From: a virus
Virus record (IMG/VR): IMGVR_UViG_3300014202_000591
Strand: one strand, 5' to 3'
Length of the DNA stretch: 64,000 nucleotides
In this document: one piece after another, positions 56,590 through 64,000 of the stretch
How the letters are laid out: every line of letters begins with the position of its first letter
Numbering within the stretch: the stretch's first letter is position 1
Translations under genes and position numbers: made by a program
Notes under the pieces: model-generated
What the model was told of the DNA's origin: nothing
What the model saw: the letters and a program-made list of their open reading frames with translations, nothing else
The model's database searches: none

Positions 56590-57824
56590 TCACTCCACCT
56601 GCCCCCGCCGCCGCAGCGCCGCCAGCACCTTCTCATATGCCGCCTCCATCGCCTCTTGCGACGGATATTCCACGCTGAACCCGTTGGGGTAGATTCCGAG
56701 CCGCGTATACCCGAACCAGAGCGAGTGCGCGACCTTCGTTCCCACCTCCACCTTTCTTGGCCAACCAAACCAGGTGCGCCGCGTCTCGTAAATCGGCCTT
56801 TCCTCTGTGCATTTTTCCACGTTGCACAGTTCATCCAGCGGAATGGTCTCCGGCCCGATGTCAATCAATTGCAGCAGTTCCTTTTTCACTGCTTCACTCA
56901 TACTGTTTTCTCCTTTCGGCTGGTTTCCCAGGTTGCGAGCGCCGCATTAATCGGGCACTCGGAAGTGTGTCCGGCTTGCTCGGTGTTGAAGCAAGACGGA
57001 CACGTCATCGCCCCGCCGCGCTTCGCACTCCACTGGACCTGCGCCAACACAAGAGCGACAAGCGCGCCCGCTTCAATGCGCGCCTGAAGACGATCAATCG
57101 CGGCGTTTTGCGCAGCGATGGTCTCGCGCAGACTGGTTGCGGTGGTGGTAGCGAGGTCGCGGACGATTCGCGCGATGTCTTGGCGCAAAATCTTCTGCGC
57201 CCATTCGATGCCGCCCAGCGGGTTGGGGTTCAGGTCAAGTTTCGCCACTTGCGCAAGGGCCACGTCCAGTGGCGTGGAATGGGGAGTTTGGGCATCGCCT
57301 TCGTATTGGTCGCGGGCGGAGCGGGTGGTGGTTGGTTTGGTGAGCATTTATGCGGCCTCCGTTGCTAGTTCGGACGTTGAGCGGAATGATTCAAGCCATT
57401 GGCGCAGTTTTGTTTTGCTTGGCGGGAGGTCGTCGCAGGCGGCGAAGTACTCCATCACTACCGATAGGTCGTACCAAAAATCAAAATCAGGCAGGTCAAT
57501 CGGCAACGTCACAGCAATGATCAGCAATCCCCATAGGCGGATTTCCGGCTGCGCCTTCAGTGGATTGGCGGTTGCCTCTTCGCGCCCGCTGCCTGCCTCC
57601 CGTTTTGTGATCATCGAATAGCGAATGGCAAAGATGATCAGCATCAGGGCAAAGCCAGCCCGCAATAGCCAACCCGCAGTAAAGGCTTCCTTGATCAAGA
57701 ACAGGCTGGATAGCAGGATGAAAACGCGCATCCAGGTTGATGACGTGATCCCCGCCGTTCGCTGCGTCCAATGACTGAATCGCTCGAATTTATCGAGAAT
57801 GAGTTGATCGAATTGGTGAAGCAT
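56590..57824 (-). CDS. Three hypothetical genes (56590-56901, 56898-57347, 57348-57824; the last is a membrane protein)
   Basis: Coupled junctions; hydrophobic helices in 57348-57824. Confidence 0.55.
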
Positions 57825-57826
57825 GG

Positions 57827-58864
57827 CTATGCGGCCTCCGTGGTGGCAAATAGCGTTTTCTGACAATTGCGCCTTAATATCAGTTCGCAATATTCGCGGT
57901 TGAGTTCGATCAGAATTGCCCGCCGTCCAAACTTGTTGGCGACTTGGGCGGTCGTCCCACTGCCAGCGAAGGGATCGAGTACGGTTCCGCCTTCGGGACA
58001 TCCGGCGAGGACGCAGGGGGTGATAAGTTCGGGCGGATAGGTGGCGAAGTGGGCTTCGGGATAGGGCTTGGGCGAGACATTCCAGACCGAACGCTTGTTG
58101 CGCATCCCACCGCACTGCTCGGTTTTCTCCATTGCGTCCCATCGGTCATTAAATCCGGCACGGCGGCGCGAATGTCCACGCTGCTTGTCGGTGCGCGGGC
58201 GAATTCCATTAACCTGCGCAGTTGGTGCGCTTTTGTGCGACTTTAAGGCACGTCCAATTCGGTCATCGTCAGCATAAATGGCAGGCTCTTTGATGGCTTC
58301 GACATCGTAGAAATACCTCGCCGCCTTGCTGAGCATGAAAATATATTCGTGGCTTTTCGTGCATCGGTCAGCCACGCTTTCCGGCATCGGGTTTGGCTTC
58401 GCCCAGATAATGTCCTGGCGTAAATACCAACCGTCGGCGCGAAGAGCGAAGGCGAGCATCCACGGAATTCCGATGAGGTCTTTGGGTTTAATGCCAGCCA
58501 TCTTGGCGCGCTTATTTCGGACGGCAAAAGAAGGCACGTCGCCGCTCTCCGTAATCGTATGCTTGCCAGTATTCTGGCCGCCGCCCCATTTGTCGCTGTT
58601 GTTGTAGCTATCCCCAATATTCACCCACAACGTTCCATCGTCCTTCAGCACGCGCCGCACTTCGCGGAACACGTCCACCAGATTGGCAATGAACGCTTCC
58701 GGCGTCGGCTCAAGGCCGATCTGACCATCTACGCCGTAATCGCGCAGGCCGAAATACGGCGGCGACGTGACGCAGCAGTTCACCGATTCGTCCGGCAGTG
58801 CGCGCAATGCAGTCAGCGCATCGCCGTTATGGAGTATTAGCTGTGAATCATGGTGATAGATCAT
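57827..58864 (-). CDS. DNA methyltransferase, N4-C/N6-A beta family (SPPY)
   Basis: CCVTSPPYFGLRDY, HFATYPPEL and VLDPFAGSGTT; start MIYHHD at 58864. Confidence 0.93.
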   Translation of the reverse strand: MIYHHDSQLILHNGDALTALRALPDESVNCCVTSPPYFGLRDYGVDGQIGLEPTPEAFIANLVDVFREVRRVLKDDGTLWVNIGDSYNNSDKWGGGQNTGKHTITESGDVPSFAVRNKRAKMAGIKPKDLIGIPWMLAFALRADGWYLRQDIIWAKPNPMPESVADRCTKSHEYIFMLSKAARYFYDVEAIKEPAIYADDDRIGRALKSHKSAPTAQVNGIRPRTDKQRGHSRRRAGFNDRWDAMEKTEQCGGMRNKRSVWNVSPKPYPEAHFATYPPELITPCVLAGCPEGGTVLDPFAGSGTTAQVANKFGRRAILIELNREYCELILRRNCQKTLFATTEAA

Positions 58865-59036
58865 CTCCCTCCCTCCATCACTACAATCAACGGCCATCGA
58901 GCCGCCTCTTCCCACCCCGCGCGCCACAGCCGGGCAGCATTGGATTTCGGCGCGAACGGGCAGACAGATTCGCCCGCGAGATAATCGGCGCGCCCCATGG
59001 CGTGGATTTGGGCGGGGATGCTGCAATCGGTGATTT

Positions 59037-62015
59037 TCAAGCCGCCACCCCTTTCGCCTTCGCTTTGAATTCCGCCAGTTTCCGCCCAATGGCATCACTG
59101 GCTTCGCCCTTTGTGATCGTTTCCGCATCGTGCGGCACACGCCATTTCTTCAACTTTGCCAATTGATCCTCCGTTGCCGGATCGCGCCGCCACTTCGCGT
59201 CCGTGCCGCCAAAAAACAATGTCTTCGCAAACCCCTCCGCCGCCGCCCGGCATTCCGCCTCGGTGGCGCAAATCGCGCGGAACTCCTGCCCATCGGTGGC
59301 AATCCAGTTGTCGTCGGCCATGGGGCGAACGGTGATGATGCGGTTGCGGATGGTGAGGGTGGAGCGGTGGTTGATGGTGGATTGCCAGGTGAAAGACGGC
59401 TTTGGCTTTGGCTGCGGCATCTCCGCCCCACTAATCAAACTCACCCGCCTCGCCTCAAACTCCGCCTCGATCCGCTCCCGCTCTTCCTGCTCCGCGAGTG
59501 CCGCCGCGCGCTCCCGCTCCCCTTCCGCTGTCAATTCAATCAGTCCCTCGCGCTGCCGGCTGGGCTTTTCCTTGCCCGCCAATGAAGCGAGGTTGACCAG
59601 CTTGTGGCGCTTCGTTACGCCAACCAAATCCATCACCAGGAAGTTCGGCTTCCGGCTCGCCGCAATCGCCGCCAGCCGCTCTTCCGCTGTTTCCAGCCCG
59701 TCAATCACGCCGGGCAGCAATCGAGTGCCGCGCCCCAGCGTTTGCAGATAGCGTGATTTGCTCGCCGTCAGCGTTCCGATCAACAGGCATTCCGTTGTCG
59801 GCGAGTCCCAGCCGGTATTCAGACAGGCGACATTGACCAGCACCTGCAATTGGCCGGATTCATAATCCGCGAGTTTCTTCCGCCGTTCGCCCTTGTCGGT
59901 TTTGCCGTCAATCGCTGCGGCGCGAATCCCGCCCGCGCGCAGGTGGTCGGCAAGTTCCTTGGCCATTTCAACGCGCGGCACGAACATGGCAGTTTTCAGA
60001 TGCCCGGCGTGCGTGCGCCATTGCTCGGTGATGGCCTCTTTCCAGTTGTCGGCGCGGCGAATGAATTCCGCCACTTCGTTCTGATCAACGTCGCCACCGC
60101 GAGAGTGGACGTTGGTGAAGTCCGCGCCTTTGAGGCTGAATTGGAGCGAAATCGGCTCACAGAGCCAGCCTTCGCGGATGCCGTCAATGAGCGACATTTC
60201 GTAGGCGATGTCATCGAAGACTTCATCGAGGCCCCGGCCATCGAGGCGAAAAGGGGTCGCGCTGAGGCCCACCACAAGGGCATCCGGCGCGGCAACGTGT
60301 TCAATGACAGTCTTGTACGCATCAATGTTTAAGTGAGCTTCATCCACGATCACCGTTTGAAATCCGCCCTTTGGCAGCATCGCCAGCCGCTTCGCCTTGC
60401 GAACTGTATGCAGGCTGGCAATGACGATCCGCGCGTTTTTCTGATTCAGCCCCGCCTTGACAATCCCCACCGGGATGCCCGGATTTTCTGCCTGAACCGC
60501 TTTCGCATTTTGAAAAACCACTTCATCAATCGGCGCGAGAAACAGCGCGCGGCCAATCGGGGCGCGGCGCTTGATCAATTGGGATGCGAGGTAGGTATTA
60601 TGAGTAACAGTGAAATCACCGAGCAGAAATAGCCTGTCGCCATCAATTTCAAATCCGTAGTATTCGCCTTCGCCAATTGGCTCAACCTTGATGCCTGTTA
60701 CAAGGTGGTTTTTTATTTGACGCCGTTTTATGGCTCGCTTGCGTGGAATCTTGGACGGGATTTCTGAGGTGTCGCCTGAGATGTAGGCGACCCAGTACAC
60801 CCCAGCCTTGCCGTTATTGCAGCAAGTCTTTTTTCTTGGCTTAACTGACGCAGCGAAGCCTAGCGACCGGGCGATGAATGCAACATCGCTTGTAAGGCGC
60901 TGTGATAACGATACGTATTCAATGCCTGACTGGTCTTGCCCGTGCAGATAGCCATCACTGTCAACTAGCCCCGCCAAAAGTGCCAGTCTGACCTCGCGGC
61001 TGTTTGTTTTATATATCTGAGGAACGTGCTTATTGCCGCTCACGCCAAGACTTCTAAGCTGATCTCCCAGTGACCCCTTGTACTCCTTACGCCGAAGCGT
61101 GGAATAGCAAGGACACCTCCCCTTACAGATTTGCTTTTTTACAATATGCCCTATCCGCGCGGCATGTTCGTGCAGATAGTCAACAATCTCACTATCGGCG
61201 GTCGTAATGTTTGAATTGTGAGAAGTGCCATCGCCAAGCCACAAGCCTAAGAAATAGGGATCAATCGGCACAGCCTGCGCAGGCCATTCAACGCCAGTCC
61301 GCCATCCTTTTGCGCAGTGCTTAAAAGTCTTGTTTTGGCTCAAGTAATCAAGAATTGAAATGTTGACGATTGAACCGGGCAGGTAGCCGGACACCTTTTT
61401 GACGAAGCCGTTTTTCGTGTTGGTTATTTTCAGTGAAAGAATATGGGCCTCGTTGACAATGTACGGATCGCCCTTAACCGGTACTACCTTGTAAAGATTG
61501 TCGCGGCCTTGAGCGGTTGAAAGCACGTTGCGCGGCTGCGAGTCCGGCCCCATCAGCACGTCGCCTGTCTGAACATCCTGCACGGCCTTTACTGTGCCAT
61601 CGAACATCAGAACCGGCGTATCTTTCCCAAGGCACTTGCCCAATCCGGTCGCCTGGGCGATGACGGGGCGCTTGATGCCGCGCGCGAATGCGGCATCAAT
61701 GGCATCGAGGGCGCGGATTTGATATGGGCGGGGGCGTTTTGCTGCGGGCGTGACATTGGCCCTGAAATCCTGTAGGCGATTGCCCTTGGCGTTGTTGCAG
61801 GCGGCGCAAAGCAGTTGCAGATTGGATAGCAGCGATGGCCCGCCCTGTGCCACGGGGTGAATGTGGTCAATCTGCATCTTCCCCGCCGCGCCGCATCGGG
61901 CGCACCGCTCACCATCACGGGCCACCAATAACGAATAGAAAGTGGTGTAGCTGTCGCGGAGTTCGGCGCGAACATCGGCGCGGGCGGAGGTGATGAGGGT
62001 GGAAACAATGCTCAA
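59037..62015 (-). CDS. SF2 (DEAH, ResIII-like) helicase with N-terminal HNH domain and an intein
   Basis: TTG start after GGAGG; CARC...IDHIHP...NLQLLCAACNNAKG; ATGLGK/T; VDEAH; GLSATPFRLDG; LNTGWDSP; QTLGRGTR. Confidence 0.92.
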   Translation of the reverse strand: MSIVSTLITSARADVRAELRDSYTTFYSLLVARDGERCARCGAAGKMQIDHIHPVAQGGPSLLSNLQLLCAACNNAKGNRLQDFRANVTPAAKRPRPYQIRALDAIDAAFARGIKRPVIAQATGLGKCLGKDTPVLMFDGTVKAVQDVQTGDVLMGPDSQPRNVLSTAQGRDNLYKVVPVKGDPYIVNEAHILSLKITNTKNGFVKKVSGYLPGSIVNISILDYLSQNKTFKHCAKGWRTGVEWPAQAVPIDPYFLGLWLGDGTSHNSNITTADSEIVDYLHEHAARIGHIVKKQICKGRCPCYSTLRRKEYKGSLGDQLRSLGVSGNKHVPQIYKTNSREVRLALLAGLVDSDGYLHGQDQSGIEYVSLSQRLTSDVAFIARSLGFAASVKPRKKTCCNNGKAGVYWVAYISGDTSEIPSKIPRKRAIKRRQIKNHLVTGIKVEPIGEGEYYGFEIDGDRLFLLGDFTVTHNTYLASQLIKRRAPIGRALFLAPIDEVVFQNAKAVQAENPGIPVGIVKAGLNQKNARIVIASLHTVRKAKRLAMLPKGGFQTVIVDEAHLNIDAYKTVIEHVAAPDALVVGLSATPFRLDGRGLDEVFDDIAYEMSLIDGIREGWLCEPISLQFSLKGADFTNVHSRGGDVDQNEVAEFIRRADNWKEAITEQWRTHAGHLKTAMFVPRVEMAKELADHLRAGGIRAAAIDGKTDKGERRKKLADYESGQLQVLVNVACLNTGWDSPTTECLLIGTLTASKSRYLQTLGRGTRLLPGVIDGLETAEERLAAIAASRKPNFLVMDLVGVTKRHKLVNLASLAGKEKPSRQREGLIELTAEGERERAAALAEQEERERIEAEFEARRVSLISGAEMPQPKPKPSFTWQSTINHRSTLTIRNRIITVRPMADDNWIATDGQEFRAICATEAECRAAAEGFAKTLFFGGTDAKWRRDPATEDQLAKLKKWRVPHDAETITKGEASDAIGRKLAEFKAKAKGVAA
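60597..61634 (-). mobile_element. Intein (346 aa) with LAGLIDADG homing endonuclease
   Basis: Starts CLGKDTPVLMFDG and ends FLLGDFTVTHN with +1 Thr; YFLGLWLGDG and LLAGLVDSDG motifs; lower GC. Confidence 0.93.
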
Positions 62016-64000
62016 GACGCGGCCTCCTGCTCGGCAATTCGCCGCGCAATCCATTCCACGGTGGGAACGCAGACCGCATTGCCCAACATCCTGTAACGTG
62101 CGCTGTCGCTGATTGGTTTGCCATCGTCGCCGAAGGCAGTCCAGCCGAACTTTGTCCGAACCTCAATCCTGAATGAATTGCCGGTTTGTGTTTTTAAGGG
62201 AATGAACCCACTTATGGCACTTACAACAGAGCAACACGAGGTTATCAATTGCTGTTCTAAGCTCGGCGCACTTGAAGGGCTTGATGTGGTGGACTTCGTA
62301 GGTCTGCTCTGAGTGGTCAAATCTTCGCTGGCATCGCTGACAAGTGGCATCATCGCGCTTCCAGATAGCCTTACAAGCGGCACGCCATTCCTTTGACTTA
62401 TGGAACATGTCCCGCTCGGATGAGATTCCGCCTTGCCATCTTGGGTTATTTGGGCCGCTGTTGAATTGATAAGCACACTCAGGCGAACAAAATCTTCTGG
62501 ACTGATAGACGGGAGACACCAGCTTGCTTTCCCCGCATTGCTGGCAAACCAGAACGACCTTTCTTGACTGCGAATTTCGACTCCGCTCGCCCCGCAAAAG
62601 ATATGCACATCGTTCTGAGCAGGTTTGCTGTCGCTTGGATAGCTTGGCCGTGTATTCAGTGCCGCAGATTTGGCACTTTGATTTTGATTGATTCTTTCGG
62701 CATTCCCAGCAGGTTTTGGCAACTTGGGACTTTGGCTTTCCGCATTTACAAGGCTCTTTAGAAAGTCTAAGCATATCTCTATTATAGCAGCATTCTCGAC
62801 TTCCGGGAATCCCTGCAATCGCTCGCACTCGGTTGGAGTGAGGCGGCGAACGCCGAACTGACCGGCAATCGTTGGCGAATTTCTGCCGGTTGCGTCCCCA
62901 TTGGTGTTTAATGTGTAGGCGATGTCTGACGATCGAACTTCGTCGTTGGCGTTGATCTGCATTGCCATTACGTAGCTTTGCTGCTTCATCCCCGCTTCGG
63001 CGGCCAGAGCTCCGGCAATTTGCCCATCGCCATTGATGTAGCGAACTTCATCGCGGGTGTTTTGGGCGAAGGCGATGGCAGTCACCTGGCCAACGTGTAG
63101 GCAGGAAGTTTTATCAGGATCAGCGCCAAGCGTGGTTTGATTGCCGCCTGCTTGCCAGTTAAAGGCAACCAAGTGTTCGCCCGGTTCCGTTCTGAAGCCG
63201 CCCGTGTTGCCGCCGCTGTTCAGTGTCGCGGCGATCGCCGGAACTAATCCGTCGGCAAACTCAAATCCGCTGTGCGCGTCGCCGTTACTTCTGAGTGTTC
63301 CAGCGATTTCCTGTTCAACGATGTCTCCGGGGAATCCGCAAGTCTGGTTAGCATTAGCTGTAAGAGTTTCGGCAGTTCGCGACCCCGCTTCTCTGCGCGG
63401 CGGAGAATCCCACGCGCTGCCGTTGGGGAGAGGAAATACTTGCTCTCCACACTCGGCTCCAATACTTCGGAGAGAATCACCTGTCTGTTCGGCTTCTGCG
63501 ATGAAATCACCCCACGGCTGAATCCAGGATGATTCTGTAAAAAGAGAGTTACTTGTCTGTCTCGCATAGTTCGTAAATCCCTGCAACGCGGTTAAAGCAG
63601 ATGACCCCGCGCTCCAAAAGGCCGGACAGGAGGTCGGTGAGAGAATGATGAGCTTTGCTATGCTCAGCATCAGTTGCGCACAGGTGAAGATTTTCGATTC
63701 TGTTATCGCGCTTGCGTCCGTTGATGTGATGCACTCGCTCATTGTCAGCAAGCACTCGTCCAAGATGTCGCTCCATAACATCTCGGTGCTCTGCTTTTCT
63801 TCGATACTTACCGTTTGCTTTTGCGATCTTGGTAATCTTGTACCCTCGAAATTCTTTAAGTCCTCCTGAAAATTGCTTCCAAGATGCGATACCAAGTCGT
63901 CTAGCTCTTTGTCTAACGACAGCGGGATCACGGCCAAGTTCTCGCGCAACGTCTGTGCTTGTCCGTCCTCTTGCATTCCGAATAACTTCATCCTCTGCTT
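62012..64000 (-). CDS. C5 DNA cytosine methyltransferase, C-terminal part (5' end outside the window), with two in-frame foreign insertions
   Basis: Motif IX VRRLTPTECERLQGFP and motif X ARYRMLGNAVCVPTVEWIARRI; repetitive TRD-like region; frame open from the window edge. Confidence 0.88.
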   Translation of the reverse strand, partial: KQRMKLFGMQEDGQAQTLRENLAVIPLSLDKELDDLVSHLGSNFQEDLKNFEGTRLPRSQKQTVSIEEKQSTEMLWSDILDECLLTMSECITSTDASAITESKIFTCAQLMLSIAKLIILSPTSCPAFWSAGSSALTALQGFTNYARQTSNSLFTESSWIQPWGDFIAEAEQTGDSLRSIGAECGEQVFPLPNGSAWDSPPRREAGSRTAETLTANANQTCGFPGDIVEQEIAGTLRSNGDAHSGFEFADGLVPAIAATLNSGGNTGGFRTEPGEHLVAFNWQAGGNQTTLGADPDKTSCLHVGQVTAIAFAQNTRDEVRYINGDGQIAGALAAEAGMKQQSYVMAMQINANDEVRSSDIAYTLNTNGDATGRNSPTIAGQFGVRRLTPTECERLQGFPEVENAAIIEICLDFLKSLVNAESQSPKLPKPAGNAERINQNQSAKSAALNTRPSYPSDSKPAQNDVHIFCGASGVEIRSQERSFWFASNAGKASWCLPSISPEDFVRLSVLINSTAAQITQDGKAESHPSGTCSISQRNGVPLVRLSGSAMMPLVSDASEDLTTQSRPTKSTTSSPSSAPSLEQQLITSCCSVVSAISGFIPLKTQTGNSFRIEVRTKFGWTAFGDDGKPISDSARYRMLGNAVCVPTVEWIARRIAEQEAAS
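62163..62774 (-). CDS. HNH endonuclease nested in the -1 frame of the C5 methyltransferase
   Basis: MLRLSKEPCKCG...; zinc fingers CQIC/CSERC and CQQC/CSPEC; GPNNPRWQGG; RDDATCQRC...EVHHIKPF...IDNLVLLCCKCHKWVH; own TGCTATAAT box upstream. Confidence 0.9.
   Translation of the reverse strand: MLRLSKEPCKCGKPKSQVAKTCWECRKNQSKSKCQICGTEYTAKLSKRQQTCSERCAYLLRGERSRNSQSRKVVLVCQQCGESKLVSPVYQSRRFCSPECAYQFNSGPNNPRWQGGISSERDMFHKSKEWRAACKAIWKRDDATCQRCQRRFDHSEQTYEVHHIKPFKCAELRTAIDNLVLLCCKCHKWVHSLKNTNRQFIQD
63549..63998 (-). CDS. Second HNH endonuclease (HNH_3 type with HTH) nested in the -1 frame; 5' end outside the window
   Basis: Manual extension gives AEDEVIRNARGRTSTDVARELGRDPAVVRQRARRLGI...AEHRDVMERHLGRVLADNERVHHINGRKRDNRIENLHLC. 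Confidence 0.88.
   Translation of the reverse strand, partial: AEDEVIRNARGRTSTDVARELGRDPAVVRQRARRLGIASWKQFSGGLKEFRGYKITKIAKANGKYRRKAEHRDVMERHLGRVLADNERVHHINGRKRDNRIENLHLCATDAEHSKAHHSLTDLLSGLLERGVICFNRVAGIYELCETDK

Noticed and set aside
62147-62800. Intein or conventional group I intron as the explanation for the MTase insertion
   Set aside because: No Cys/Ser start or His-Asn end in the host frame, and about 94% of the insert is HNH coding sequence. Not formally excluded without RT-PCR.

Overview
The window is almost certainly most of a ~59% GC tailed dsDNA phage or prophage genome (HK97-type head, long non-contractile tail). A TIGR03437-like domain suggests an Acidobacteriota host, which is inference only. 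At the left, a symmetric divergent promoter (173-204) separates a leftward Cro-like HTH gene from a rightward early operon (~200-8260). That operon begins with a 3-repeat type I-E-like CRISPR mini-array, followed directly by a RuvC-less TnpB fragment, an XRE regulator, a tyrosine recombinase, small hypothetical genes and an atypical tRNA-like element. From 64000 down to ~8300 the minus strand carries, in transcription order: a C5 DNA methyltransferase, an HNH-fused SF2 helicase with an intein, an N4/N6 methylase, a primase module and candidate origin, many small genes, a second N4/N6 methylase, secreted proteins including a 1448-aa fibre-like protein with a signal peptide, and then terminase, portal, protease, capsid, neck, tail tube, chaperones, tape measure and tail tip. 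A few plus-strand morons interrupt this run. Three observations stand out. (1) The C5 methyltransferase frame stays open straight through two HNH endonuclease genes encoded in its -1 frame, with no intein or obvious intron signature. (2) A CRISPR mini-array sits next to a truncated TnpB at the head of the early operon. (3) Several tail or fibre proteins carry Sec-type signal peptides. All family assignments come from motif recognition by eye; no database search was run.
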